From Clostridia bacterium (GTDB lineage: Bacteria; Bacillota; Clostridia; Christensenellales; Aristaeellaceae), in the NCBI GenBank assembly GCA_045546035.1, contig JAZQCB010000035.1, positions 6,445 through 70,444 of the forward strand: a stretch of DNA of 64,000 nucleotides. The letters are read 5' to 3'. Of the stretch, positions 30,237-40,167 are shown piece by piece. Positions within the stretch are counted from its first letter, which is position 1, and every line of letters starts with the position of its first letter. Both the position numbers and the translations under genes were made by a program. The notes below the pieces were generated by a model, which saw nothing but the letters and a program-made list of their open reading frames with translations, made no database searches and was not told the DNA's origin.

Positions 30237-31880
30237 GTGCGGAAAACCTTTGTGGCCATCGACCTGAAATCCTATTACGCCAGCGTCGAGCTGGCGGACC
30301 GGAACTTCGATCCCCTGTCGACGAACCTGGTGGTGGCGGACGAATCCAGAACGGAAAAAACGATCTGCCTGGCCGTATCCCCCTCCCTGAAGGCGCACGG
30401 AATTTCCGGAAGGGCCCGGCTGTTCGAGGTGATCCAGCGGGTTCGGGAGATCAACGCGCAGCGAATGAAAAACGCCGTCCGGCAGGGCCTCCTTCCGAAA
30501 GGGGAGGACGGACAGTATCATTTTACCGGCAGCTCCTTTAACGCGGCGGAGCTGGAAAAGGATCCGACCCTGGAGCTGACCTATATCGTCGCGCCGCCCC
30601 GGATGAAGCTGTATGAGGAAATCTCCACCCGGATCTTCGGCATCTATATGAAATACATCAGCGACGAGGACATCCATGTATACAGCATCGACGAATGCTT
30701 CATGGACGTGACGGGTTATCTGAAAACCTACGGCATGACGGCGCACGAGCTGGCCATGAAAATGATCCGGGAGGTGCTGTATACCACCCGGATTACCGCC
30801 ACGGCCGGGATCGGCAGCAATCTGTATCTGGCCAAGATCGCCATGGACATCGTGGCCAAGCATGTGCCGGCGGACAAGGACGGGGTCCGGATCGCGGAAC
30901 TGGACGAGACGAGCTATCGGCGTCTGCTCTGGTGCCACCGGCCGCTGACGGATTTCTGGCGCGTGGGGCACGGGATCGCCGCGAGGGTGGCGGCGCTGGG
31001 ATGCTTTACCATGGGGGATATCGCCCGGCTCAGCGAGATCAACGAGGATCTGCTGTACCGGGCCCTGGGGATCAACGCGGAGCTGCTGATCGACCACGCC
31101 TGGGGATGGGAACCGACGGAAATCGCGGCCATCAAGGCCTATCGCCCGGAAACCAGCAGCCTGTCCTCCGGGCAGGTGCTGTCGGAGCCGTATAACGCCG
31201 CGGACGGGAAGCTGATCGTCCGGGAGATGACGGAGCTGCTGGCGCTGGACCTGGTCCGGAAAAACCTGGTGACCCGGCAGGTGACCCTGACAATTGGCTA
31301 TGACCGGGAGAGCCTGATCGTTCTGAGCCCCGGAAAAGGCATGAAGGATACGGTTTACGGCGTGGCAAAAACCGGGAAGGCCTACGCGGGAGCGGTGGTG
31401 TCCGATCCATACGGCCGGCCCCAGCCGAAGCACGCCCACGGGACCGGCAACCTGGATCACTATACCTCCTCCACCCGGGCTATCCGCGAAGCAATGATGG
31501 CGCTGTATGACCGGATCGTGGATCCGGATCTTCTGATCCGAAGGGTGATCCTGGCCGCCTGCAACCTGATCCGGCCGGATGATGTCCCGGAGGAGGGGCC
31601 GCGGCAGCTGGATTTCTTTACGGATTACGAGGAAGAGGCCCGGCGGAAGGAAGCGGAAAGGGCCGCGGAGGCCAAGGAGAACCGGCTGCAGCGGGCGACC
31701 CTGATCATGCAGGAGCGCTTCGGAAAAAACGCGGTGCTCAAGGGCATGAACCTGGAGGAAAAGGGAACCACCGTCGCCCGGAATCAGCAGATCGGCGGGC
31801 ATCGATCCGGAGAGGAAAAGCCAAAGAAGGAGGGAAAACGCCATGGCGAAGGGAATCACCGGGAAGGAGCCGGATCCTGA
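30237..31880 (+). CDS. Y-family (UmuC/ImpB/UvrX-like) translesion DNA polymerase
   Basis: IDLKSYYASVE, YSIDECFMD catalytic motif, AGIGSNLYLAK, FWRVGHG; C-terminal QLDFF clamp-binding-like motif and ERFGKNAV. Confidence 0.92.
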   Translation: MRKTFVAIDLKSYYASVELADRNFDPLSTNLVVADESRTEKTICLAVSPSLKAHGISGRARLFEVIQRVREINAQRMKNAVRQGLLPKGEDGQYHFTGSSFNAAELEKDPTLELTYIVAPPRMKLYEEISTRIFGIYMKYISDEDIHVYSIDECFMDVTGYLKTYGMTAHELAMKMIREVLYTTRITATAGIGSNLYLAKIAMDIVAKHVPADKDGVRIAELDETSYRRLLWCHRPLTDFWRVGHGIAARVAALGCFTMGDIARLSEINEDLLYRALGINAELLIDHAWGWEPTEIAAIKAYRPETSSLSSGQVLSEPYNAADGKLIVREMTELLALDLVRKNLVTRQVTLTIGYDRESLIVLSPGKGMKDTVYGVAKTGKAYAGAVVSDPYGRPQPKHAHGTGNLDHYTSSTRAIREAMMALYDRIVDPDLLIRRVILAACNLIRPDDVPEEGPRQLDFFTDYEEEARRKEAERAAEAKENRLQRATLIMQERFGKNAVLKGMNLEEKGTTVARNQQIGGHRSGEEKPKKEGKRHGEGNHREGAGS

Positions 31881-32331
31881 GGTGGTTTACGGGGATATTT
31901 TTCATCATCCCCACTGGCGCTCGCCGAAGCACCCGCCCATGAGCCTGTATGACCGGGCGGCGCAGTTTGCCCCCTTCGCGGCGCTGACCGGATACGAGGA
32001 CATGATTGACGAGGAGGCCCGACAGGTGGACCGCCGGATTGAACTGGGCGAGGAGGAGATGGAAGCCCTGAACGAGGCGCTGTCGGGCGTCCGGAAGGCG
32101 CTGGAGGCGGGGAAAAGGCCGGAGGTTCTGCTGACCTGGTTTATCCAGGATCCCCTGAAAGCCGGAGGACGGTATGAAACGGCCCGGGAAAAGGTCAAAG
32201 GCTTTGACCCAGCGGGAGGCCGGCTGATTCTGGAGCGGAAAAGCGGGCGATCCGGCGCGAACGCGGAAATCCGCCTGGAAGATATCCTGACGATGGAGGC
32301 CGCCTTGACAGAACGGGGAAAAGAGGTATGA
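31843..32331 (+). CDS. YolD-like protein (Gram-positive UmuD analogue)
   Basis: MSLYDRAAQFAPFAALTGY motif; overlaps the polymerase end. Confidence 0.8.
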   Translation: MAKGITGKEPDPEVVYGDIFHHPHWRSPKHPPMSLYDRAAQFAPFAALTGYEDMIDEEARQVDRRIELGEEEMEALNEALSGVRKALEAGKRPEVLLTWFIQDPLKAGGRYETAREKVKGFDPAGGRLILERKSGRSGANAEIRLEDILTMEAALTERGKEV

Positions 32332-32433
32332 TAGGAGAAGAACGGCAAAGGGCGCCGCGGCGGTTCGCGGATACGGGAGATCCCCTTTGCCGGGCGGAGC
32401 CAACGCCGACGGGCAGCAAGAGGAAGTGACGGA

Positions 32434-33777
32434 ATGGCCGCGGTTCAGACGGATTTTGCCCAGGGCTCGGTGAAACGGTTGATTCTTTCCCAGGCGCTGC
32501 CGCTGACGCTGGCCCAGATGGTGCAGCTGCTGTACAATATCGTGGATCGGGTGTATATCGGCCATCTGGAGGGCGTGGGAGATCTGGCCCTGACCGGATT
32601 GGGGATTACGTTTCCGGTCATCGTTCTGATCGCCGCCTTTACCAATCTGTACGGCAGCGGCGGGGCGACGCTCTTTGCCATCGCCCGGGGCCGGGGACAG
32701 ACGGACGAGGCGGAAAACATTCTCGGCAATGTTTTTGCCCTGCAGCTGGGGACGGCGCTGGTGCTGACGGTCTTTTGCTACGCGCTGCGCAGGCCGATTC
32801 TTTTTCTTTTCGGCGCCAGCGAGCAGTCATTCTTCTACGCGGATCAATATCTTCGCGTCTATCTGATCGGGACGGCTTTTTCCATGCTGGGAACCGGCCT
32901 GAACAGCTATATCAACGCCCAGGGGTTTCCCCGGATCGGCATGATGACGACGGTTCTGGGGGCGGTCATCAATATCGCCCTGGATCCGGTTTTTATTTTT
33001 TCGCTCAACATGGGGGTCCGGGGCGCGGCACTGGCGACGGTGATCAGCCAGAGTGTGTCCGCGGCGTGGGTGCTGCGCTTTCTGACGGGGAAAAAGGCCC
33101 TGCAGAAGCTCCGGCTGTCCAGAATCCATATTCAGCGGGAGCGGACGGGCCGAATCCTGAGCCTGGGCTTTCCGGGCTTTGTCATGCAGGCGACCAACAG
33201 CCTGGTCAACATCGTCTGCAATACCCAGCTGCAAAGCTGGGGCGGGGATCTGTATGTGGAAATCATGACGGTGCTCAACTCCGTGCGCGAGATGACGGCC
33301 CTGCCGGTGCAGGGAATCACCGCCGGATCCCAGCCGGTGCTGGGCTTCAACTATGGCGCGAGACGGGGTGAAAGGGTGAAGGAAGGCATCCGGTTTACCG
33401 CGGCGCTTGGCTTTGGCTATACGCTGATCACCTGGATCCTGGTCATGCTTTTCCCGAAGCCGCTGATCGGCATCTTCTCGGAGGATCCGGAAACCATCGC
33501 CGTGGGCGCCAGGATGCTGAACATCTATTTCTTCGGCTTCGTGTTCATGGCCTTCCAGTTCTGCGGTCAGACCACCTTCCAGGCCCTGGGAAAGGCCCGG
33601 TACGCCATTTTCTTTTCGCTGCTGCGGAAGGTCATCATCGTCGTTCCTCTGACGTTGGCGCTGCCGGCCATGGGGCTCGGCGTACGGGGCGTTTTCCTGG
33701 CGGAGCCCATCTCCAACCTCATCGGCGGCCTGGCCTGCTTCCTGACCATGTGGCGGGTGGTATACCGGAGGCTGTAG
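32434..33777 (+). CDS. MATE family efflux transporter
   Basis: QLLYNIVDRVYIG, INIALDPVFIF, GVRGAALATVISQ; about 12 TM segments. Confidence 0.92.
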   Translation: MAAVQTDFAQGSVKRLILSQALPLTLAQMVQLLYNIVDRVYIGHLEGVGDLALTGLGITFPVIVLIAAFTNLYGSGGATLFAIARGRGQTDEAENILGNVFALQLGTALVLTVFCYALRRPILFLFGASEQSFFYADQYLRVYLIGTAFSMLGTGLNSYINAQGFPRIGMMTTVLGAVINIALDPVFIFSLNMGVRGAALATVISQSVSAAWVLRFLTGKKALQKLRLSRIHIQRERTGRILSLGFPGFVMQATNSLVNIVCNTQLQSWGGDLYVEIMTVLNSVREMTALPVQGITAGSQPVLGFNYGARRGERVKEGIRFTAALGFGYTLITWILVMLFPKPLIGIFSEDPETIAVGARMLNIYFFGFVFMAFQFCGQTTFQALGKARYAIFFSLLRKVIIVVPLTLALPAMGLGVRGVFLAEPISNLIGGLACFLTMWRVVYRRL

Positions 33778-33894
33778 CGCGGGCGGCGCGACGTGCCCGA
33801 AGACCAAAAACACGCTTTCCCGCATTTCAAAAACGCGGGACGGGTTCGGCCTCGCGGAGGCCGGCGCCGGGAGAAAGATCAAGAGAAAAAACGG

Positions 33895-35025
33895 ATGAAA
33901 AAGAACGTAAAAAAACGAATTCTGCGGATGATGGCCCTAGCGGCCGTGCTGCTGATGCTGGGCGGCGCCGAAGCCTCGGGAACCTGGTACCTGTTTGACG
34001 TGGATCATGTGCCGGAAAACCTGGGCTTCCGGGTCAGTGAGTACAGCGGGACGGTGAAGATGACGTTCCTGGGCGACTGCACCCTGGGCGGAGAGGAATC
34101 CTCCAGAGGCAGCCGCCTGGGCTTCGTCCGGCGGATTCAGGAAAACGGCCTGGATTTTCCCATGCGGTATCTCTCCCGCCTGACGGCGGAGGACGATGTG
34201 TCCGTGGCCAACCTGGAGGGAGTGCTGACGGACCGGAAGCTGCCGAAGGTCGAAAAAACCTATAATTTCAGCGGGCCTACCGCCTATACCGGCATCCTGA
34301 CCGGAGCGGGCATCGAATGCGTGACCCTGGCCAACAACCATTCCCGGGATTACGGCGAGGCGGGATACCGGGATACGAAGGAAGCCCTGGATCGGGCAGG
34401 GGTCGCCTATTTCGGGACCGACTGCGTGGCAGTCTGGGAAAACGAGGACGGACTGCTGATCGGCTTTACCGGCGCCTACATGTCCGCCAACGGAAACCGG
34501 GGGAAGGCGTATGCCCGCCAGGTGGAATGCCTGAAGAGGATCGGCTGCGCCGCCGTGATTACCGTGATGCACGCGGGGCAGGAGTATGTCTATACTCCCA
34601 CGGGATACCAGAAAAACATCGCCCGAAGGGCGGCGGAGATGGGTGTGACGCTGCTGGTGGGCCATCATCCCCATGTGGTGCAGGGATACGATTTTGTGGA
34701 GGGTATGCCGGTAGTCTACAGCCTGGGCAACTGCTCCTTCGGGGGAACCACCCATGCCGAGGATTCCGATGCCCTGATTCTGCAGGCGGAGCTGCGTTTC
34801 GAGGACAGCGAGCTGCGGGAAACGACCCTGCGCTTTTTCCCGATTTCCATTACCAGCGATCCGCGGTACAATAACTATTCTCCTCGCTTTCTGACGGGGA
34901 AGGACGCGGAGCGCGTGCTGACCAAAATGGAAAAATCCACCGGCAGGGGGGTTGACGGCTTCGACGAAGGAACGGGCGCCGTCGTGTCCGCCCCGGTGAA
35001 CGCGCCATCAGGCCGAGGAACATAA
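33895..35025 (+). CDS. CapA-family secreted metallophosphoesterase
   Basis: Signal peptide; GDC, ANLEG, LANNHSRDYG, MHAG.E, GHHPHVVQ, YSLGN. Confidence 0.85.
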   Translation: MKKNVKKRILRMMALAAVLLMLGGAEASGTWYLFDVDHVPENLGFRVSEYSGTVKMTFLGDCTLGGEESSRGSRLGFVRRIQENGLDFPMRYLSRLTAEDDVSVANLEGVLTDRKLPKVEKTYNFSGPTAYTGILTGAGIECVTLANNHSRDYGEAGYRDTKEALDRAGVAYFGTDCVAVWENEDGLLIGFTGAYMSANGNRGKAYARQVECLKRIGCAAVITVMHAGQEYVYTPTGYQKNIARRAAEMGVTLLVGHHPHVVQGYDFVEGMPVVYSLGNCSFGGTTHAEDSDALILQAELRFEDSELRETTLRFFPISITSDPRYNNYSPRFLTGKDAERVLTKMEKSTGRGVDGFDEGTGAVVSAPVNAPSGRGT

Positions 35026-35066
35026 AAAGACCGCCGGGCGGAATCGCCAGGCAGTCATGCTTTTGA

Positions 35067-36632
35067 TCAGGTTTCGGAAAAGGTCTTCCAGAAGGCTTCT
35101 TCCGCCCTGCGGACGGCGTCGGCTTCCCAGTTCAGGCGGCCGTAGCGGCGGGTGGCCTCGAAAATTTCCCGGCTTTTTTCTTCCGTCAGGAAGCCGGGAG
35201 CCAGACGCCAGAACCAGTTGTTTTCCAGCCGGGAGGGCTCGTTGATCCGGGCCTCGTGGCCCAGATCCAGCCAGTCCTGCAGAGCGATGACGCAGGTATT
35301 CGCCCGGCTCATCAGGGCGGCCCGGACGAAGACCCGGCTGATGCGGTCGGCCGGGACATTTTCCGCGCCGAAATAGGTCCGGACCTGATGCTGCTGCGCT
35401 TCCGTCAGGGAGACGAACCAGCCGTTGACGGGATCGTTGTCATGGGTGCCGGGATAGACGACGCAGTGCTCCGGGATATTGTGGAGGAGATAGTCGTTGG
35501 AGGCGCCGAAATCCTTCTCGTCAAAGCCGAACTGGAGCACCTTCATGTTGGGGAAGCCGGTATCCCGCACCATGGCGCGGACGGAATCCGTCATGAACCC
35601 CAGATCCTCCACGATTACCGGCTTATAGCCCATGTTTTCCCACATCTGGCGGAAAAGATCCATGCCGGGGCCCTTTTCCCAATGGCCGTTCTTCGCCAGG
35701 GGCCGGTCGGCGGGGATGGAGAAATATTCGTCCAGCCCGCGGAAGTGGTCGATGCGCAGCATGTCGCACTGCTGGAAATTCATCCACAGCCGGGCCATCC
35801 ACCAGCCGAAGCGATCCCCCCGGTGGGCGTCCCAGCGGTAAAGGGGCGTTCCCCAGACCTGGCCGTCGGCGGAGAAGGCGTCCGGCGGGCAGCCGGCCAC
35901 CGCCGTCTGGCGGCCGTCTTCTCCCAGCTGGAACAGGTTCGGATGGGCCCAGACGTCGGCGCTGTCGTAGGCCACATAGATGGGGATGTCTCCGATGATG
36001 CGGATATGCTTGCTGTTGGCGTAGGTCTTCAGGGCGTACCATTGGGTAAAGAAGACAAACTGGGTATATTTGTGGAATTCCACATCGAAATACAGCTTCC
36101 GATGATAATAATCCAGGGCGAAGTCCCAGTGGTGACGGATGTCCGTGGGCCAGTCGGACCAGACCTGATCCCCGAAGAAGGCCTTCAGGGACATGAACAG
36201 GGCGTAGTCGTCCAGCCACCATCCGTTATCCCGGATGAAGCGCTGGAATTCCGGATTCTCGGCGATCCGGCTCCGCTCATAGGCCTTCCGCAGCAGGGGA
36301 AGACGACGGGTGTAGAGTTTGTCGTAATCCACCCGGGAAGGATCGTTCCCGAAATCAACCGCATCCACCTCTTCCCGGGTCAGAACCCCTTCGGCCACAA
36401 GGGCGTCCAGATCAATATACCAGGGATTGCCTGCAAAGGCGGAGAAGGACTGATACGGGGTATCAAAGGATAGCGTATGGTTCGGCGGGTTCAGGGGCAG
36501 AATCTGCCAGAAGGTCTGGCCGGAGCGCTCCAGAAAATCCACAAAGGCGTAGGTCTCCTTGCCAAAGGAACCGATTCCGTATTTTCCGGGAAGGGCGGAA
36601 ACGGGCATCAGAATACCGGCGGAACGATTCAT
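35067..36632 (-). CDS. malQ: 4-alpha-glucanotransferase (amylomaltase, GH77)
   Basis: GILMPVSALPG, IIGDIPIYV, LRIDHFRG, VEDLG, YPGTHDND. Confidence 0.95.
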   Translation of the reverse strand: MNRSAGILMPVSALPGKYGIGSFGKETYAFVDFLERSGQTFWQILPLNPPNHTLSFDTPYQSFSAFAGNPWYIDLDALVAEGVLTREEVDAVDFGNDPSRVDYDKLYTRRLPLLRKAYERSRIAENPEFQRFIRDNGWWLDDYALFMSLKAFFGDQVWSDWPTDIRHHWDFALDYYHRKLYFDVEFHKYTQFVFFTQWYALKTYANSKHIRIIGDIPIYVAYDSADVWAHPNLFQLGEDGRQTAVAGCPPDAFSADGQVWGTPLYRWDAHRGDRFGWWMARLWMNFQQCDMLRIDHFRGLDEYFSIPADRPLAKNGHWEKGPGMDLFRQMWENMGYKPVIVEDLGFMTDSVRAMVRDTGFPNMKVLQFGFDEKDFGASNDYLLHNIPEHCVVYPGTHDNDPVNGWFVSLTEAQQHQVRTYFGAENVPADRISRVFVRAALMSRANTCVIALQDWLDLGHEARINEPSRLENNWFWRLAPGFLTEEKSREIFEATRRYGRLNWEADAVRRAEEAFWKTFSET

Positions 36633-36663
36633 GAATCAAATACCTCCTCAGAAGTCCCTGGGA

Positions 36664-37584
36664 TTATCCCAGGGCGGCGTAGGCGACGGCGGTTTCCGCG
36701 GCCAGCCGGGCGTTGTTGTAGACCAGGCGGATGTTGGATTCCAGGCTGTCGCCGCCGGTCAGCTCCGCCACCCGGGCCAGCAGGAAGGGGGTAATTTTCT
36801 TGCCCTTGACGCCCTGGGCGACGGATTCGGCCACGGCCTGATCGATGGCCCGGTTGATGACATCGTCATCCATGGCGTAGGCCTCGGGAATGGGGTTGGT
36901 TACCAGCATGCCGCCCCGCAGCCCCATGGCGCGCTGGGCATGGAAGGCGCGGGCGATTTCCTCGGGCGAATCCACCTGATAATCCACCTCCAGGCCCGAA
37001 CGGCGGGAATAGAAGGCGGGCAGCTCCTTCGTCCGATATCCCAGGACGGGGACGCCGTGGGTCTCCAGATATTCCAGAGTCAGGGCCAGATCCAGGATGG
37101 CCTTGGCCCCCGCGCAGACGACGGTTACCGGCGTCTGGGCCAGCTCCTCCAGATCGGCGGAAATATCCATGGTGGTTTCCGCCCCCCGATGGACGCCGCC
37201 GATGCCGCCGGTGGCGAAGAAGGAGATCCCCGCCATATGGGCGATCATCATGGTCGTGGTCACGGTGGTGGCGCCGTCCTCCCCGCGGGCGCAGAGCATG
37301 GCGATATCCCGGCGGCTGGCCTTGGCGATGGCCTGGCCCTTTTTGCCGAAATACTCAATTTCCTCCGGGGTCAGCCCCGCCTTCAGCCGGCCGCCGATGA
37401 TCGCGACAGTGGCCGGGATGGCGCCGGCGTCCCGGATGATTTTTTCCACATTCAGGGCGGTTTCCACGTTCTGGGGATAGGGCATGCCGTGAGAGATGAT
37501 GGTGGATTCCAGGGCTACGACGGGTTTTCCGGCGGCCAGGGCTTCCGCAACCTCCGGTTTGACATCCAGATAACAGTTTTTCAT
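36664..37584 (-). CDS. psuG: pseudouridine-5'-phosphate glycosidase
   Basis: VALESTIISHGMPYPQN, ATGGIGGVHRG, DISADLEEL, AGAKAILD. Confidence 0.95.
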   Translation of the reverse strand: MKNCYLDVKPEVAEALAAGKPVVALESTIISHGMPYPQNVETALNVEKIIRDAGAIPATVAIIGGRLKAGLTPEEIEYFGKKGQAIAKASRRDIAMLCARGEDGATTVTTTMMIAHMAGISFFATGGIGGVHRGAETTMDISADLEELAQTPVTVVCAGAKAILDLALTLEYLETHGVPVLGYRTKELPAFYSRRSGLEVDYQVDSPEEIARAFHAQRAMGLRGGMLVTNPIPEAYAMDDDVINRAIDQAVAESVAQGVKGKKITPFLLARVAELTGGDSLESNIRLVYNNARLAAETAVAYAALG

Positions 37585-37678
37585 GGGTGCTCCTCCTTTT
37601 GATGCTTTGCCGGCGCCTGACGGGGCAGGGAACAGCCGGCCTTTTGTGATGAAAATCCGGGCAGCGCCTGAAGCGCGA

Positions 37679-38611
37679 TCAGCCCGGACGCGCGCGCAGA
37701 CGGGCTGCCAGCGTATCCGGGTTCAGATCCGGATGGATGGCGCCGGGAGCCTCCACGGCGATGCTGGCGGCGGCGGACGCAGCCCGCGCTTTTTCGGCCA
37801 AATCGCCGCCCCGCAGATGGCTCCAGACCAGTCCGGCGACGAACGCGTCCCCGGCGCCGGTCATGTTCCGCGGACGGGCGGGAAAGCAGGGGATCCACAG
37901 ATGGCGCCCCGGCTCCGCCGCAAAAACGCCGTCTCCGCCCAGGGAGATATAGACCTCGCCCAGGCCGGTTTTCAGCAGCGCCTCGGCGGCGGCGGCCAGC
38001 TCCGGCTCCGTCCGGGTGGGAAGACCGGTCATGAGCTCCGCCTCCAGCCGGTTGGGTTTGAAGGCCCGGAGCTTTCCCAGAACGGGACGGAGCTTTTCCG
38101 ATTTGGCCACGGAAACCGGATCGGCAAAGAGCGGAGCCGTACAGCTTTCCGCCAGAAAACGGATGGTTTCCGCCGGAAGATTAGCGTCCAGCACCACCGC
38201 GGCGGCCCGGTTCAGCAGGGGAAGCCGGGCTTCGACGAAGCCCGGGGTGAGCCGCTGGCAAATCGCCATGTCGGAGACCGCCAGGCGCATATCCCCCTTT
38301 TCATCGGCGATAAAGAGATAGGCAGAGGAGGGCTCTTCCGGGGACCGGAGTGCCAGGGACATATCGATCCCCGCCTCCCGGCAGTCCGCCTCCAGCCGGG
38401 CGCCGAAGGCATCCTGCCCCAGGGCGGTCAGAAAAACCGTACGGAGGCCCAGCTGCGCCAGATTCCGGGCGATATTGTGCCCGACGCCGCCGGGGGAGAG
38501 GCGGATCCGGCCCGGATTGGAATCCCGCTCCAGAAGGGGATGATCCGGCTTGGCGCCGATATCCATGTTGATGCCGCCGACCACGGCGACAAAGGGATCC
38601 TCCCGCGCCAT
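37679..38611 (-). CDS. psuK: pseudouridine kinase (PfkB family)
   Basis: GGVGHNIARNL, KPNRLEAE, NMTGAGDAF; directly upstream of psuG. Confidence 0.85.
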   Translation of the reverse strand: MAREDPFVAVVGGINMDIGAKPDHPLLERDSNPGRIRLSPGGVGHNIARNLAQLGLRTVFLTALGQDAFGARLEADCREAGIDMSLALRSPEEPSSAYLFIADEKGDMRLAVSDMAICQRLTPGFVEARLPLLNRAAAVVLDANLPAETIRFLAESCTAPLFADPVSVAKSEKLRPVLGKLRAFKPNRLEAELMTGLPTRTEPELAAAAEALLKTGLGEVYISLGGDGVFAAEPGRHLWIPCFPARPRNMTGAGDAFVAGLVWSHLRGGDLAEKARAASAAASIAVEAPGAIHPDLNPDTLAARLRARPG

Positions 38612-38802
38612 TTTTCTCCTCCTCGCTTCGGCGGCCCGGCAAAAGCACCGCGATCCTTGTCAGATTTATGCCGCGGGAGCGTTTTCCGGCGGCAAAAAGA
38701 AAGGGCCCTTTCGCCGCTGAACTCCGACGAAGAAAGGGGCTTTTCCGCCTTTCAGTGTACCATTATCCGCGGAGAAACGCAAGCTTCGGCTTTCGTGCTT
38801 CC

Positions 38803-38831
38803 TTGACAAGCGGCGGCGGACAGAGTACAAT
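38803..38831 (+). promoter_or_regulatory. sigma-70 promoter for the tandem CorC/HlyC genes
   Basis: TTGACA-17bp-TACAAT. Confidence 0.75.
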
Positions 38832-38880
38832 CATTTCCGTTATTTTATCCGGTGGAACCGGGAATGGGGGATTTATTTTC

Positions 38881-40167
38881 GTGGACGCAGGCGGCTCACC
38901 GTGGCCATGGATCCTTTCGGTACTTTGCATTCTGTTCGCGAATTATATCGCCATCGCGGAGACATCCATCGCTTCTGTTTCAAAAACGAGAATACGATCT
39001 TTGGCGGAGCGGGGGGACCGGCGGGCCAAAATGGTGCAGAAGGCCCTGGATCATTTTGATCGGACGATTTCCACGATACTGATCTGCACGAATATTGCCC
39101 ATCTGGCGGCGGCGTCCCTGATTACCGTGGCGGTGACCCGGCGGTGGGGCCTCAACGCCGTGACCCTTTCCACGCTGATTACCTCCATGACGGTTTTTTT
39201 CTTCGGGGAGATGCTGCCCAAATCCCTGGCCAAGAAGTATCCCGAGAAGCTGAGCCTTTTGAGCATTACGCCCCTGACCTGGCTGGATCATTTTTTTGCC
39301 CCGCTCTCCAAACTGCTGGCCATGATCGGCCGGGCGGCGGGCCGGCATTCCGAGGGGGACAACCCGGTTACGGCCACGGAAGAGGAAATTCACGATATCA
39401 TCGACAGCATGACGGAGGAGGGCACCCTGGACGAGGAACACGGGGATCTGATTTCCTCCGCCCTTCGCTTTGACGACATCACGGTCGAAAGCATCCTGAC
39501 CCCACGGGTCGACGTTACGGCCATCGACATCGCCTCCTCCCCGGCGGAGATTCTGGATCTGATCAAAAAGCAGAACCACTCCCGGCTGCCGGTTTACGAG
39601 GGCTCCATCGACAACGTGATCGGGGTTTTGCGGATCCGGCGGTACCTGCGGGCCTACCTGCATCAGGGGGAAAACGTGAACCTTCGCCGGCTTCTGGATG
39701 AACCGATGTTTGTGACCGACAGCGTCAAGATCGACGACCTCTTTCTTCAGATGACCAGGGCGAAGCAGAGCCTGGCGGTGGTAACGGATCATTATGGGGG
39801 AACCGTCGGCATCGTGACCACCGAGGACATTCTTGAAACCCTGGTGGGGGATATCTGGGACGAGGAGGACGTGGTGGAAACCCCGGTGGTGGATCTGAAA
39901 AACGGCAGCTTCATGGTGGACGCGGAAGAATGCGTCGGAGACGTTTTCGACGAAATCGGCTTCGAGGATCCCGAGGAGGATGCCGAGCTGCGCGGAAAGC
40001 GGGTGGGCGAATGGGTTTTCGAGCATTTTCCCTCCATCCCCAGGACGCAGGAGCACTTCGATTATCACGGCCTGCGGGTTTATGTGGCCCGGATGGAGCA
40101 TAACCGGATCCGGAAGGCCATGTTCCGGCTGCCCGAAAAAGCGGCGGAGAAGGAGGAAAAGAAATGA
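38881..40167 (+). CDS. HlyC/CorC (CNNM-like: DUF21 + CBS + CorC) transporter, copy 1
   Basis: AETSIAS, FFGEMLPKSLA, ILTPRVDV, HSRLPVY, VVTDHYGGTVGIVTTEDILE; GTG start inferred downstream of the promoter. Confidence 0.88.
   Translation: MDAGGSPWPWILSVLCILFANYIAIAETSIASVSKTRIRSLAERGDRRAKMVQKALDHFDRTISTILICTNIAHLAAASLITVAVTRRWGLNAVTLSTLITSMTVFFFGEMLPKSLAKKYPEKLSLLSITPLTWLDHFFAPLSKLLAMIGRAAGRHSEGDNPVTATEEEIHDIIDSMTEEGTLDEEHGDLISSALRFDDITVESILTPRVDVTAIDIASSPAEILDLIKKQNHSRLPVYEGSIDNVIGVLRIRRYLRAYLHQGENVNLRRLLDEPMFVTDSVKIDDLFLQMTRAKQSLAVVTDHYGGTVGIVTTEDILETLVGDIWDEEDVVETPVVDLKNGSFMVDAEECVGDVFDEIGFEDPEEDAELRGKRVGEWVFEHFPSIPRTQEHFDYHGLRVYVARMEHNRIRKAMFRLPEKAAEKEEKK

Noticed and set aside
28689-32331. 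Prophage or ICE remnant around the CI-like repressor
   Set aside because: No integrase, cro, relaxase or structural genes; GC and codon usage look native; flanks are housekeeping-type genes.
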